Assembly: GCA_963422645.2 (NCBI GenBank) | Contig: CAXXVO010000008.1 | Coordinates: forward strand, 320,001-384,000 | DNA: 64,000 bases | From: Alphaproteobacteria bacterium | Lineage (GTDB): Bacteria > Pseudomonadota > Alphaproteobacteria > UBA828 | Direction of reading: 5' to 3' | Shown here: one piece after another, positions 10,747-21,225 of the stretch | How the letters are laid out: each line of letters begins with the position of its first letter | How positions within the stretch are numbered: position 1 is the stretch's first letter | The notes under the pieces: model-generated | What the model was told of the DNA's origin: nothing | The model's input: only the letters and a program-made list of their open reading frames with translations | Database searches by the model: none | Position numbers and translations under genes: made by a program

Positions 10747-12177
10747 ATGCTCTTCGCGCTTGCCGCCGCATTGCTGACGGCGCTCGCCGTCGTGGCGGTG
10801 CTGATCCCGTTGCTGCGCCGGCACCGCCGGGAACCGTCGCGGGCGGACTACGACCTCACCGTCTATCGCGATCAGCTTCGCGAGCTGGAGAGCGACCGTG
10901 CCCGCGGGCTGGTCAGCGAGGGGCAGATCGAGGCAGCCCGCACCGAGATAGAGCGGCGCATGCTGCGCACGGCACGGGCGCGGGAAAGAGCGCAGGCGGC
11001 GGACGCGGCTCAAGCACCCGGTTCGGTGGACACCGGGTCGCGCGCGCACCGGTGGCGGTGGGCGGCGGCTATCGTGCTCGGACTCTGCGTCCCGGCCCTG
11101 GCGGCCGGCGTCTATGCGAGCCTCGGCAGCCCGGGTCTGCCCGGTCGCCCGTTCGCGGAGATCGAGCGGCCGGTCGAACCACCGGCGGCGGCCGCGGCCT
11201 TCAGCGAGCCGGTCGAGCGGCTCGCGGCGCGGCTCGCGGCGAACCCAGACGATCTCGAAGGCTGGCTTCTGCTCGGCCGCTCCTACGTGGTGCTGCAGCG
11301 CTACGGCGAGGCGGCGGACGCGCTGCGGCAGGCAGCGGCGCTTTCCGGCGGCGATCCGGACGTGCTGGGGATGCTGGGGGAGGCGATTGTCTGGGCCAAC
11401 GACGGCGTGGTGGTGCCCGAGGCTGCCGGCATCTTTCGCCAAGTCCTCGACGCGCGGCCGCAGGACCCGGCGGCGCGCTTCCATATGGCGCTTGCCCGCG
11501 CCCAGGCCGGTGAGGTGCGGGAGGCCTATGACATGTGGCTGGCGCTCGCCGCCGATACGCCGGCGGACGCGCTCTGGCGCGGGGACCTGGAGGGTCTGAT
11601 CCGCCAGGCGGCGGAAGTGTTAGGGGTGGAGCCGGGGTCGGTTCCGAGCGGGCCCGCTAGCGCGCCGCGCGCACCGGCCGTGACCGAGGCACCGTCCGGC
11701 CCGACGGTGGACGACATGGCGGCTGCGGCGGAGATGTCTCCCGACGAGCGTATGGACATGATCCGCAGCATGGTGGAAAGCCTCGCCGAGCGTCTTGAGG
11801 AGAACCCCGACGACCCCGAGGGCTGGCTACGCCTCGCGCGCTCCTACACCGTGCTTGGCGAGCCTGAAAAGGCGACAGATGCGCTGCGCCGGGCCGTGGA
11901 GCTGATGCCCGACGACCTCGCGACCCTTCACGCTTACGCCCGCGCGCTCTCTGGCGAGATCGGAGCGGAACCGCCTCCGGCAGAGGCGGTGGCCGTCTAT
12001 GAGCGCATTCTGGCGTTCGACCCGGACGATGGGGCGGCGCTCTGGTTCGTCGGGCTCGCTGCGGCGCAACGGGGCGACGGTGCCACCGCGCGCGCGCATT
12101 GGGAACGCCTCCTCGCCCTTCTTGCGCCGGGTACGGACGAGCACCAGGCGGTTCAGACGGCGCTGGACACTCTCTAG
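10747..12177 (+). CDS. ccmI: Cytochrome c biogenesis TPR protein CcmI/CycH
   Basis: TM + VYRDQLRELE.D..RG motif; two 'L..RL..NPDD.EGW..L.RSY' TPR modules. Confidence 0.9.
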   Translation: MLFALAAALLTALAVVAVLIPLLRRHRREPSRADYDLTVYRDQLRELESDRARGLVSEGQIEAARTEIERRMLRTARARERAQAADAAQAPGSVDTGSRAHRWRWAAAIVLGLCVPALAAGVYASLGSPGLPGRPFAEIERPVEPPAAAAAFSEPVERLAARLAANPDDLEGWLLLGRSYVVLQRYGEAADALRQAAALSGGDPDVLGMLGEAIVWANDGVVVPEAAGIFRQVLDARPQDPAARFHMALARAQAGEVREAYDMWLALAADTPADALWRGDLEGLIRQAAEVLGVEPGSVPSGPASAPRAPAVTEAPSGPTVDDMAAAAEMSPDERMDMIRSMVESLAERLEENPDDPEGWLRLARSYTVLGEPEKATDALRRAVELMPDDLATLHAYARALSGEIGAEPPPAEAVAVYERILAFDPDDGAALWFVGLAAAQRGDGATARAHWERLLALLAPGTDEHQAVQTALDTL

Positions 12178-12412
12178 CGCTTCTCCACGCGTCCGACACT
12201 CCCTCGATTGGACGGTGCGGACACTTGCTTATCTTCCGATGACACCGAGCTGTCCCATAAGCGCAATCAGCGCGTCATGCCGGTCGCCTAGGGTCCCATT
12301 CTCCCGCTCCGCAAGGGTAAGCGCGTCGGGTGAGACGTGCGGGCTAGCCACGGGGAATACCGCTTTTCCGCTCGACACATAGTCGCGTACGATACCTCGC
12401 GTACGTCTCCCC

Positions 12413-12467
12413 TTGACATTGGTGGCGAACCAAACTAGAACAAAGGTGGGAGGTTTCCTCTTTGTTC
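12413..12467 (+). promoter_or_regulatory. lexA promoter with alphaproteobacterial LexA (SOS) boxes
   Basis: TTGACA (12413-18) N17 TAGAAC (12436-41), overlapped by GAAC-caaacta-GAAC (12427-12441); degenerate GTTT-N7-GTTC at 12453-12467. Confidence 0.85.
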
Positions 12468-12485
12468 GACTGATGAGGTTCGCCG

Positions 12486-13193
12486 ATGCTGACCAGAAAG
12501 CAAAAGGAACTATTGCTCTTCATCGATTCCTATCTCGAAAGTCGCGGTATCGCCCCTTCGTTCGAGGAGATGAAGGAGGCGGTCAACCTCAAATCCAAAT
12601 CCGGCATTCACCGGCTTGTCAAAGCACTTGAGGAGCGCGGATTTCTGCGGCGGTTGCCGCATCGGGCACGCGCGCTGGAAGTGCTGAGGCCGCCGCCCTC
12701 CCGTGTCGCCGACGTGCCGGAGCGGCAGCCGAACCGTCGCTTTCGGCCGAGCGTGATCAAGGCCGATTTCCGCTCCGGGCGCGGGACCGAGCGCCCGTCG
12801 GACGACCGAGCCAGCGTAGCGCTTCCGCTTTACGGCCGCATTGCTGCCGGCACGCCGATCGAGGCTTTGCGCGACGAGACCAACCAAGTCGACATTCCAG
12901 GCGCAATGTTGGGTGCGGGCGAGCATTACGCGCTCGAAGTCGACGGCGATTCGATGATCGAAGCCGGGATTCTCGAGGGCGATACCGCCGTGATCGAGCG
13001 CTGCGAGACCGCCGAGAGCGGCGCCATCGTCGTGGCCCTGGTGGACGACAGCAAGGTGACGCTCAAGCGGCTGCGGCGCAAGGGCGAATCCATCGCGCTG
13101 GAGCCCGCAAACACGCGCTACGAGACGCGTATTTTCGGCCCCGGCCGGGTCAAGGTGCAGGGCAAGCTCAAGGGCATTCTCCGCAGCTACTGA
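12486..13193 (+). CDS. lexA: Transcriptional repressor LexA
   Basis: [17 protein letters not shown]...SKSGIHRL; IAAG cleavage site; GDSM (Ser) and TLKR (Lys) catalytic dyad. Confidence 0.97.
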   Translation: MLTRKQKELLLFIDSYLESRGIAPSFEEMKEAVNLKSKSGIHRLVKALEERGFLRRLPHRARALEVLRPPPSRVADVPERQPNRRFRPSVIKADFRSGRGTERPSDDRASVALPLYGRIAAGTPIEALRDETNQVDIPGAMLGAGEHYALEVDGDSMIEAGILEGDTAVIERCETAESGAIVVALVDDSKVTLKRLRRKGESIALEPANTRYETRIFGPGRVKVQGKLKGILRSY

Positions 13194-13204
13194 GCCAACT
13201 ACCC

Positions 13205-15313
13205 TTAACGGGCCTGCGCGCGTCGGGCGACCCAGGGCCGCTCGCCGCGCACCGCTGCCACGCTTTCGACACGAGCACCCTCTCCATCCAGCCATATGGC
13301 GTGGCTGCCGCCCCGCCAGAGGTCGAAGCGCGCCACCACCGTCTCGGGACCTTCGCACAGGTCCCAGGCCGGGACGGCACTGACCACCAGGTCGGCGCGG
13401 CGACAGTCTTCCTCGAACGCGCGTGGGTCGCGCACGAACGCAATCGTTCGATTACCGCGCCGCTGTATGCAGCCAAGTGTATCGCAGCGGATCCCTGCGG
13501 CAGGTGCGCCACGGCCGTCCCGCGGCCAGGTCGGCGCCTCCGCCTGCCCGTCCCGCCTGAGCCAAAAGTCGCTCACGAAGCGCCCCCGCTGGCGGGTGGA
13601 AATCCAAAGCTGCCCGTCCTCGCCGCGTGTCGCCATCACCTTTGCATCGCCGTCGACCAGGATGTCCGGCCTCCGCTCCAGGCCGGTCAGCACCACCCCG
13701 CCGCCAATCACCAGTATCCCGAGAAAGCGCCAGCGGCTGCGCCAGAGGCAGAGCCACAGGCCGCCAACCGAGATCGCGAGCAAGGCCGCCGGCGGCATCG
13801 CCGGAACGAGGGTAACCGCCCCCGGCTGCGCTGCGACCTCGCGCGCGATCCAGACCACCGCGTCGATCCCCCAGCCCATCGGGGCGAGGGCAATCCCCTC
13901 GAGCCCGAGCGGCATCAGGATGAGCGCGACCAGTCCCCAGGGCATGATCCAGAAGCCGGTGATCGGCACGGCCCCGAGATTGGCGAGAAGCCCGTAATCT
14001 GCGATGCGGTTGAAGTGGTAGACCGCGAAAGGGCCGGTGGCGATGCCGGCCACGAGCGACGTGAGCGCCACGCCGGCCGCGTAGACCACGGGGCGGAGAG
14101 CGAGGCCGCCGCGTGCCGCCATGCGGGCGAAGAGGCCCCGCGCCGCTTCGTAGGTCGCGATCAAGGCAGTCGCTGCGGCGAAGGACATCTGGAAACTGGG
14201 CCCGAGCATGCTTTCAGGCGCGATCGCCAGCACTAACAGCGCTGCCCAGGCGATCAGCCGCATCGAGAGGCTCGCCCGGTCCAGCATGATCGCGAGCAGC
14301 ACGACGCCCACCATGATGAATGCCCGCTGGGTCGGCACGCTCATGCCGGAGAGCAGCAGGTATGCCGCGGCACCCAACAGCGCACAGGCTGCCGCCCACT
14401 TCTTGATCGGCGCTCTGAGGGCCACCGGTTCGATCAACGCCAGCAGGCCCCGTGAGGCGAAGAAGATGAATCCGGCGATCAGGCCGACGTGGAGCCCCGA
14501 GATAGCCAGCAGGTGCGCGAGGCCGGAATCCCGCATCGCCTTGAGCGCGGTCTTCTCGATGGCGCTGCGGTCGCCGGTTAGCAGCGCCGTCGCGAACGGC
14601 CCTGCCGAGGGCGACGCCGCCGCGAGGATTCGCGACGAGACCCAATGGCGGACCCGCGAGAGCAGCGAGAGCAGGCTGTCGCTTTCTCCCTCGGGCGCGT
14701 CCTCGGGCGACGCCGCGCCGTAGACGAAGCCCACCGCGCCGATCCGCTGGAACCACGCTTGGCGCCCGAAGTCCCACGCCCCGGGTTCCGCAGGCGTGGG
14801 CGGCGGTCTTAGCGACGCGAGAGCGCTCAGCCACGACCCGGGCGAGGCCGGACCATGCGGGCCGGTGCTGCGTATGCTGAGCCGCACGCGCGTTGGCGTT
14901 TCCTCCGGGGCCAAGCCCTCAATCGTCGCGCGATCGAGGAGGTAGCGCTGTGGGCCCTCACCGGCGCCGACCCAGATCACGCGGCCCGACACGTCCACCG
15001 GGCCGATGGGGCCCGCAAGCACCGGCGCACTGACCCGGTCGGAGCGCCAGTCGGCGGCGGCGACCCCGGCGGCGAGCAGCGCCAACGCCGCGAGACCAAG
15101 GGCCGGTGCCGTGAACCGGCGCAGCAATAGCGCCGCGAGGGCGAAGAACCCGGCCCCCGCCGGCGCAATCCAGCCGATCGGTTCGGTCGGCAGCGTGAGG
15201 TAAAGGCCGCCACCGGCGCCGAAGAGGACCGGCACCCACAGGAAAACGCGGCGGCGCTCGGTGGCCCACACCGCGTCGAGTTGGATGCGCAGGCCGGCTG
15301 CGAGCCTCAGCAC
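13205..15313 (-). CDS. comEC: ComEC/Rec2 competence protein
   Basis: [28 protein letters not shown] motifs; lexA-comEC-gltX synteny. Confidence 0.92.
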   Translation of the reverse strand: MLRLAAGLRIQLDAVWATERRRVFLWVPVLFGAGGGLYLTLPTEPIGWIAPAGAGFFALAALLLRRFTAPALGLAALALLAAGVAAADWRSDRVSAPVLAGPIGPVDVSGRVIWVGAGEGPQRYLLDRATIEGLAPEETPTRVRLSIRSTGPHGPASPGSWLSALASLRPPPTPAEPGAWDFGRQAWFQRIGAVGFVYGAASPEDAPEGESDSLLSLLSRVRHWVSSRILAAASPSAGPFATALLTGDRSAIEKTALKAMRDSGLAHLLAISGLHVGLIAGFIFFASRGLLALIEPVALRAPIKKWAAACALLGAAAYLLLSGMSVPTQRAFIMVGVVLLAIMLDRASLSMRLIAWAALLVLAIAPESMLGPSFQMSFAAATALIATYEAARGLFARMAARGGLALRPVVYAAGVALTSLVAGIATGPFAVYHFNRIADYGLLANLGAVPITGFWIMPWGLVALILMPLGLEGIALAPMGWGIDAVVWIAREVAAQPGAVTLVPAMPPAALLAISVGGLWLCLWRSRWRFLGILVIGGGVVLTGLERRPDILVDGDAKVMATRGEDGQLWISTRQRGRFVSDFWLRRDGQAEAPTWPRDGRGAPAAGIRCDTLGCIQRRGNRTIAFVRDPRAFEEDCRRADLVVSAVPAWDLCEGPETVVARFDLWRGGSHAIWLDGEGARVESVAAVRGERPWVARRAQAR

Positions 15314-15441
15314 TTGCTCGGAACCGTGTCGCCACGCAACCGGTGGCCGGCCGGTCGCCTGTTGCCGGACGATATGCTAAACGCTCGACGGTTCCGATCC
15401 GTGGCCAACGGCCGGGTCGTCTGCCGGGGGTAAGATCGCAC

Positions 15442-16851
15442 ATGAGCGTCGTCACGCGTTTCGCGCCGTCGCCGACCGGCATGCTGCACCTCGGCGGCGC
15501 GCGCACCGCCCTCTTCAACTGGCTTTACGCGCGCCGTCACGGCGGCAGCTTCCGGCTGCGGCTGGAGGACACCGACCGCAAACGCTCAACCCCCGAAGCC
15601 ATAGCCGCAATCATCGACGGGATCACCTGGCTCGGTCTCGATTGGGACGACGAGATCGTGCGTCAATCAGAGCGCAGAGAGCGCCATATTGACGTCGTGC
15701 AGGGCTTGCTCGCAGCCGGCGGCGCCTACCGCTGCTACTGCACGCCAGAGGAGCTGGAGGCCATGCGCGCCGAGGCTCGTGCCGCTGGTCGCGCAGCGCT
15801 CTACGACGGGCGCTGGCGAGACCGTGACCCGGCGCAAGCGCCACCCGGCGTCGATCCCGTGATCCGCTTTCGAGCACCGCAGGAAGGCAACACTATCATA
15901 CCAGATTTGGTCCAACGAGATGTCCAAATTGATAACACAGCTCTCGACGACATGGTACTGCTGCGTGCCGACGGCACGCCGACCTACATGCTCTCGGTGG
16001 TGGTGGACGACCACGACATGGGGATCACCCATGCGATCCGGGGCGACGACCACCTCACCAACGCCTTTCGGCAGACCCAGCTTTTCCTCGCCCTCGGGTG
16101 GGAGCCGCCGGCCTATGCCCATATCCCGCTGATCCACGGCCCCGACGGCGCGAAGCTCTCCAAGCGGCACGGCGCGGTCGCCGTCGGCGCCTATGCCGAG
16201 CTCGGCATTCTGCCCTCTGCCATGCGCAATGCGCTGCTGCGGCTCGGCTGGAGCCACGGTGACGACGAGATCATCGACACCGACCAGGCCATCGCCTGGT
16301 TCGACCTCGACGCGGTGAACCGCGGCGCGGCGCGCTTCGACATGGAGAAGCTCCAGAGCCTCAACGGCCACTACATCCGCACGAGTGCCGATTCCGAACT
16401 GCTGTCCGATGTCGAACGAAGGCTCGCCGCGCGCTATCCTGCGGCCGCCACGGACGAAGGACGGCGGCGGATTGCCGCCCTGCTACCGGAGGCCAAGGCG
16501 CGTGCGAAGACGCTGGTCGAGCTCGCCGACAAGCTGGCGTTCCTGGTCTGCGACCGGCCCTTGGAGATGACGCCCAAGGCAGCGCGGCTGCTGGGCGACG
16601 AAGGTAGTGAGGCGCGGGGCCGCCTCGGCCGTCTGACCGCTGTGCTGCAGGACGGCGCGGCTTCGGATGAAGCGCAACTCGAAACCGCGGTCCGCAGCTT
16701 TGCCGAGAGCGAAGGCGTCGGTCTCGGCGCCATCGCGCAGCCGCTCAGGGCGGCGTTGACAGGCGCGCACGCGTCACCCGGAATCTTCGCCGTCATGGCC
16801 GCGCTCGGCCGGGAGGAGACGCTGGCGCGCCTGGTGGACGCCGGAGGTTGA
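15442..16851 (+). CDS. gltX: Glutamate--tRNA ligase
   Basis: [32 protein letters not shown]. Confidence 0.96.
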   Translation: MSVVTRFAPSPTGMLHLGGARTALFNWLYARRHGGSFRLRLEDTDRKRSTPEAIAAIIDGITWLGLDWDDEIVRQSERRERHIDVVQGLLAAGGAYRCYCTPEELEAMRAEARAAGRAALYDGRWRDRDPAQAPPGVDPVIRFRAPQEGNTIIPDLVQRDVQIDNTALDDMVLLRADGTPTYMLSVVVDDHDMGITHAIRGDDHLTNAFRQTQLFLALGWEPPAYAHIPLIHGPDGAKLSKRHGAVAVGAYAELGILPSAMRNALLRLGWSHGDDEIIDTDQAIAWFDLDAVNRGAARFDMEKLQSLNGHYIRTSADSELLSDVERRLAARYPAAATDEGRRRIAALLPEAKARAKTLVELADKLAFLVCDRPLEMTPKAARLLGDEGSEARGRLGRLTAVLQDGAASDEAQLETAVRSFAESEGVGLGAIAQPLRAALTGAHASPGIFAVMAALGREETLARLVDAGG

Positions 16852-16865
16852 GGGAGGAGCGAACG

Positions 16866-18116
16866 ATGACGGAAGACCGGGTCGACCTCGCGATCACGGG
16901 CGCGCATCTCTGGCGGGAGGACGGGCCGCGCGATCTCTTCGTCAGGGACGGCCGCTTCGTGCCCGCGCCTTCCGGCGGCGCGGCCGCGTCCGAGCGCACC
17001 ATCGATGCCGGCGGGCGCCTCTGCGTGGCGGGCTTCCTGGAGCCGCACATCCACCTCGACAAGGCGCAGATCAACGACGATGTCAGGCCCAACCGGTCCG
17101 GCACCCTCGACGAGGCCATCGAGATCATCTGGGCGCGGAAGCGTGCCTACACCGTGGAGGAGATCGCCGCGCGCGCGGTGCGCACGATCCGCTCGGCCGT
17201 CGCCAACGGCGTCACGCGCTTCCGCAGCCATGTCGATGTGGACAGCATCGGCGGCCTCCGTCCGCTGGAAGGCGTGCTGGAAGCGCGCGAGCGCACCCGC
17301 GACATTGCCGACGTTCAGATCGTCGCCTTCCCGCAAGAAGGCATTTTCAAGGACAAGGGGACCGACGACCTGATGTGGAAGGCGATGGAGGCGGGTGCCG
17401 ACCTGGTGGGCGGCATGCCCTTCAACGAGGCGACGCCGGAGGACAGCGCCCGCCATATTGCGCTCGCCTTCGAGATCGCAGCGCATCACGACGCCGACAT
17501 CGACATGCACGTGGACGAGACCGATGATCCCGACGCGAAGACGCTCGAAGTGCTGGCCGAGCAGACCATGGAGAAGGGCTGGCAGGGGCGTGTTACCGCC
17601 GGCCACACCTGCGCGCTCGCGGGCTACGAGGAGGACTACGCCAACCGCGTGATCGGGCTCGTGAAGGACGCGGGCATCCACATGATCGTGAACCCCGCGA
17701 CCAACCTCATGCTCCAGGGGCGGGGCGATGCGCAGCCCAAGCGGCGCGGCATCACCCGCGTAAAGGAGCTGCTGGAGGCCGGCGTCAACGTCTCCTGCGG
17801 ACAGGACTGTATCCGCGATACCTTTTACCCTTACGGGCTGGGGGATCCGCTGGAGGTGATGTTCCTCGCGAGTCACGCCGCGCACATGAGCCGCCCGCAC
17901 GAGATCGAGACGGTCTTCGACATGCCGACCGGTGCCGCCGCCCGCACCATGGGGCTCGACGACTATGGCGCAGAGCCCGGCTGCGTCGCCGACCTGGTGA
18001 TCATCGACGCGGCCGATCCGCTGGAAGCGCTGACCCGGCGGGCGGACCGCACCCACGTCATCAAGGGCGGCCGAGTGGTAGCCGAGACCGTGACCCAGCG
18101 GACCGCCTGGTCCTAG
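16866..18116 (+). CDS. Cytosine/creatinine deaminase-like amidohydrolase
   Basis: EPHIHLDK, RSHVDVD, VAFPQEG, HVDE, GHTC, GQDCIRD: CodA-type metal-binding motifs; substrate uncertain. Confidence 0.85.
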   Translation: MTEDRVDLAITGAHLWREDGPRDLFVRDGRFVPAPSGGAAASERTIDAGGRLCVAGFLEPHIHLDKAQINDDVRPNRSGTLDEAIEIIWARKRAYTVEEIAARAVRTIRSAVANGVTRFRSHVDVDSIGGLRPLEGVLEARERTRDIADVQIVAFPQEGIFKDKGTDDLMWKAMEAGADLVGGMPFNEATPEDSARHIALAFEIAAHHDADIDMHVDETDDPDAKTLEVLAEQTMEKGWQGRVTAGHTCALAGYEEDYANRVIGLVKDAGIHMIVNPATNLMLQGRGDAQPKRRGITRVKELLEAGVNVSCGQDCIRDTFYPYGLGDPLEVMFLASHAAHMSRPHEIETVFDMPTGAAARTMGLDDYGAEPGCVADLVIIDAADPLEALTRRADRTHVIKGGRVVAETVTQRTAWS

Positions 18117-19947
18117 ATTCGCACGCTCCTAAGGTCGCCGCCGCGCGCGCTGAGCGCCTGCCGGCTCTCGCCGGGCTTGAGGTGCTCAGGATCGGACATC
18201 GCCCAACTGAGCTTGTTGTGGTTCCGTTCAGATTGCCCTGAAGGTGGCCATTTGACAGGGTGCAGACCCCCTTACCTGCTCCCCGCCCTTCTTCGCCCAG
18301 GCGACGGAGGGCCTCGTTCATCAGGATTACGGGGCCGGTGCCGGCGAGCACGATGAGGAGTGCCGGCACCGCCGCCTGCTCCAACAACTCGTCCTTGGCG
18401 TATTGGTAGAGGTGGGTCGCGAGCGTATCGAAGCCAAAGGGGCGGAGCAGGAGCGTCATCGGCAGCTCCTTCATTACGTCGACGAAGACGAGCAGCCCGC
18501 CGGCGAGGAAGGACGTGCCGAGCAATGGCAGGATCACGCGGACGACGTTCGCGGGCAGGCTCAGGCCCAGCACCCGGCCGGCGGATACCGTATTGGGCGG
18601 CAGCCGGTTCATGCCCGAAGTCAGCGCGCCGTAGCCGATCGCCTGGAAGCGCACCATGCACGCGAAGAGCACGAGGCCGATGCCGCCGGTGAGGAAGCCA
18701 TCGAACGAAAGCCCCATCACACCCGAGATCAGGTCGTCGAGCCCGCGATCCACCGCGCCGGCAAAGGTGACGACGCCGATGGCGAGGATCGTGCCGGGAA
18801 AGGCATAGCCGGACGACGCGATGCCAGCCAGCACCGTGAGAGGGCGGCTCGGCCGGTAGGCGACAGTGACCACCATCAGCGCCGCTGCCGCCATCACCAG
18901 CGCAGCTACGGCGAGCGCCACGACCACCGAGTTGAGCGCGACGATGAGGACGTCGCCGTAATCCGGCAGCGCGTAGCCTTTGACCACAAAGCTCAGCAGC
19001 ACGCCCACGGGAATGAGAAATCCCACTGTCACCGGCAGCAGGCACACGGCGAGGCAAGCGGCGCTGCCCGCCGGCCCTGCGCGAAGCCGCGCGAGGCTCC
19101 GCATCCGCCGGCCCGTGTCCACGTAGCGCCGGCGGCGGCGCGACATCAGCTCCAGCACCAGCATCGCGAGGACGAAGAGGAAGCCCAACGAGGCAATCTG
19201 CGCGGCTGCCGGCAGGCTGTTCATGCCGAGCCAGACGTTGAAGATGCCGAGCGTCAACGTCTCCAGCGCGAAATAGTCCACGGTGCCGAAGTCGGAGACC
19301 GTCTCCATCAGCACGAGCGCGAGGCCGGCGGCGATGGCGGGCCGCGCCAGCGGCAGGCCGACGGTGCGGAAGAGGCCCCGGTCGTGCACCCGCGCGATCT
19401 CGAAGAGCGTGTGCGGCGTCAGTTTGAAGGCTGTCCGCGCCATCATGTAGACGTAGGGGTAGAGCACCGCGCCCATCACCGCGATGGCGCCGCCCATGGA
19501 GCGGATCTCGGGGAACCAGTAGTCCCGCCGCGTCTGCCAGCCAAAGGCATCGCGCAGCGCGCCCTGCACCGGCCCCGCATAGTCGAGGAAATCGGTGTAG
19601 ACGTAGGCGATGAGGTAGGCCGGCACGGCGAAGGGCAGCACCAGCATCCATTCCAGCACCCGGCGGCCCGGGAACTCGTAGCGCGTCACCACCCAGGCGG
19701 TGCTCACGCCGAGCATCAGGCTGAGCCCGCCGACGCCCGCCATGAGTGCCAGTGTGTTCGCGACGTAGCGAGGCAGCACGGTCGCGAAGAGGTGCGCCCA
19801 GAGGCCTTCGCTGTCCCCGGTCGCGGCGGCGATCACCGAGAGGATCGGCGCCACAATGATCAGCGCGAGCAGGAGTGCGAGGAGCGACCATCGGTTCGAC
19901 CAGGCGAGGACGGCCCGGTGCGCCAACGTCGCCGTGTGACTTACCAC
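18061..19947 (-). CDS. Fe(III) ABC transporter permease (FbpB/FutB-like)
   Basis: Two permease repeats (YPYVY...LPLARPAI..G; FVDVMKELPMTL); atypical C-terminal extension overlaps the convergent gene. Confidence 0.88.
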   Translation of the reverse strand: MVSHTATLAHRAVLAWSNRWSLLALLLALIIVAPILSVIAAATGDSEGLWAHLFATVLPRYVANTLALMAGVGGLSLMLGVSTAWVVTRYEFPGRRVLEWMLVLPFAVPAYLIAYVYTDFLDYAGPVQGALRDAFGWQTRRDYWFPEIRSMGGAIAVMGAVLYPYVYMMARTAFKLTPHTLFEIARVHDRGLFRTVGLPLARPAIAAGLALVLMETVSDFGTVDYFALETLTLGIFNVWLGMNSLPAAAQIASLGFLFVLAMLVLELMSRRRRRYVDTGRRMRSLARLRAGPAGSAACLAVCLLPVTVGFLIPVGVLLSFVVKGYALPDYGDVLIVALNSVVVALAVAALVMAAAALMVVTVAYRPSRPLTVLAGIASSGYAFPGTILAIGVVTFAGAVDRGLDDLISGVMGLSFDGFLTGGIGLVLFACMVRFQAIGYGALTSGMNRLPPNTVSAGRVLGLSLPANVVRVILPLLGTSFLAGGLLVFVDVMKELPMTLLLRPFGFDTLATHLYQYAKDELLEQAAVPALLIVLAGTGPVILMNEALRRLGEEGRGAGKGVCTLSNGHLQGNLNGTTTSSVGRCPILSTSSPARAGRRSARAAATLGACESRTRRSAGSRSRLPLGRP

Positions 19948-21053
19948 CCGGTGCGGTCGATCACGCGTTGCGCCGTGGGCGCGAGCTCGGCGATGCGCAC
20001 GATCGGCAGCGAGTCTTCCTTGAATGCGCCCCAGGCGGCGACCTTGGGCGCCGGCGCCAAGGCGGGATTGACGGGGAACTCGTAGTTGACGGTGCCGTAA
20101 AGCATCTGCGCGGCGTCCTGCGTCAGGAACTCCAGGAAGGCCACGGCAGACTCCTTGTTCCTGGAATACTTGGCGACGCCGCCGCCTGAGATGTTGATAT
20201 GCGTGCCGCGGTCATCCTGATTGGGAAAGACCATAGTTATGGCCGCTGCCCACGCCCGCTGCTCCTCGATGTCGGAGGAGGCGAGCTTGCCGTAGTAGTA
20301 GCTGTTGATAATGGCCACGTCGCAGAGGCCCTCGTAGATCGCCTTGACCTGCGCCCGGTCGTTGCCCTGGGGGCGGCGCGCCAGGTTGGCCACGAGGCCG
20401 GTGGCCCACTCCTCTGCCTTCTCTTCCCCGTGCGCGGCGATCATCGAGGCCATGAGCGCCCGGTTGTAGACGTGGCTGCCGGGCCGCGTACAGATGCGCC
20501 CCTCCCATTCGGGATGCGCCAGATCCTCGTAGGTCTCGATCGCACCAGCGGGCACGCGGTCCTTGGAGACCGCGATCACCCGCGCCCGCTTCGACAGCGC
20601 GAACCAGCGCCCGTCGGGCTCGCGCAGATGGGCCGGCACCGCCTCGGTCAGCACGGTGGATTCAACCGGCGCGAGCAGGTCCTTGTCCGCATAGATGCTG
20701 AGGCGCCCGATATCCACGGTCAGCACCACGTCCGCCGGGCTGTTCTTGCCCTCCGCCTGGAGCCGCTGGGCGAGACCCTTGGAAGCATAGACGACGTTTA
20801 CCGTCACCCCGGTCTCGGCGGTGAAGGCCTCGAGGAAGGGCTCGATCAGGAAGGGCTGCCGGTGCGAATAGAGGTTGAGCTCGTCCGCCGCCTGGACTTC
20901 CGCCGCCGCCCAGGCGAGGCCGGCAAGGCCTGCGAGCACTCCAAATACACTGACGCGTGCCGGTGACCGCATCGCGGACCCGACGCGCGCCAGCAACCCA
21001 CGCCCCGCGCGAGCCGTCCGCTCGCCTGGAGCAGCGACCGCAATCCCACGCAT
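19941..21053 (-). CDS. Fe(III) ABC transporter substrate-binding protein (FutA/FbpA-like)
   Basis: LYSHRQ, EGKNSPADV.LTVD, NSYYYGK (Tyr iron ligands), HINISG; start uncertain. Confidence 0.9.
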   Translation of the reverse strand: MRGIAVAAPGERTARAGRGLLARVGSAMRSPARVSVFGVLAGLAGLAWAAAEVQAADELNLYSHRQPFLIEPFLEAFTAETGVTVNVVYASKGLAQRLQAEGKNSPADVVLTVDIGRLSIYADKDLLAPVESTVLTEAVPAHLREPDGRWFALSKRARVIAVSKDRVPAGAIETYEDLAHPEWEGRICTRPGSHVYNRALMASMIAAHGEEKAEEWATGLVANLARRPQGNDRAQVKAIYEGLCDVAIINSYYYGKLASSDIEEQRAWAAAITMVFPNQDDRGTHINISGGGVAKYSRNKESAVAFLEFLTQDAAQMLYGTVNYEFPVNPALAPAPKVAAWGAFKEDSLPIVRIAELAPTAQRVIDRTGW

Positions 21054-21083
21054 AGACGTGCCTCCCTGTGAATTTGAACTGCA

Positions 21084-21102
21084 AACGCGAACGATTTTCA
21101 TG
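21084..21102. promoter_or_regulatory. Possible Fur/Mur-type iron box
   Basis: AACGCGAACGATTTTCATG, an imperfect 9-1-9 palindrome resembling AATGCGAATNATTCGCATT, just upstream of the Fe-binding protein gene. Confidence 0.45.
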
Positions 21103-21225
21103 CGCATCGTAGTCCGGCCGCCGCACTGTGACAAGCCGGTTCGCGCGAACGCGTGGCCGCTTTGAGGCACACGCCTCTGCCGTTATGTTACGGCCTCGCG
21201 AGCCGACCAATGGGAGCGTCGAGAG

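Noticed and set aside
12178-12412. Possible sRNA or small ORF between ccmI and lexA
   Set aside because: Only a short minus-strand frame (VSSGKAVFP...VIGR*) with no recognisable motif or structure; cannot be supported.
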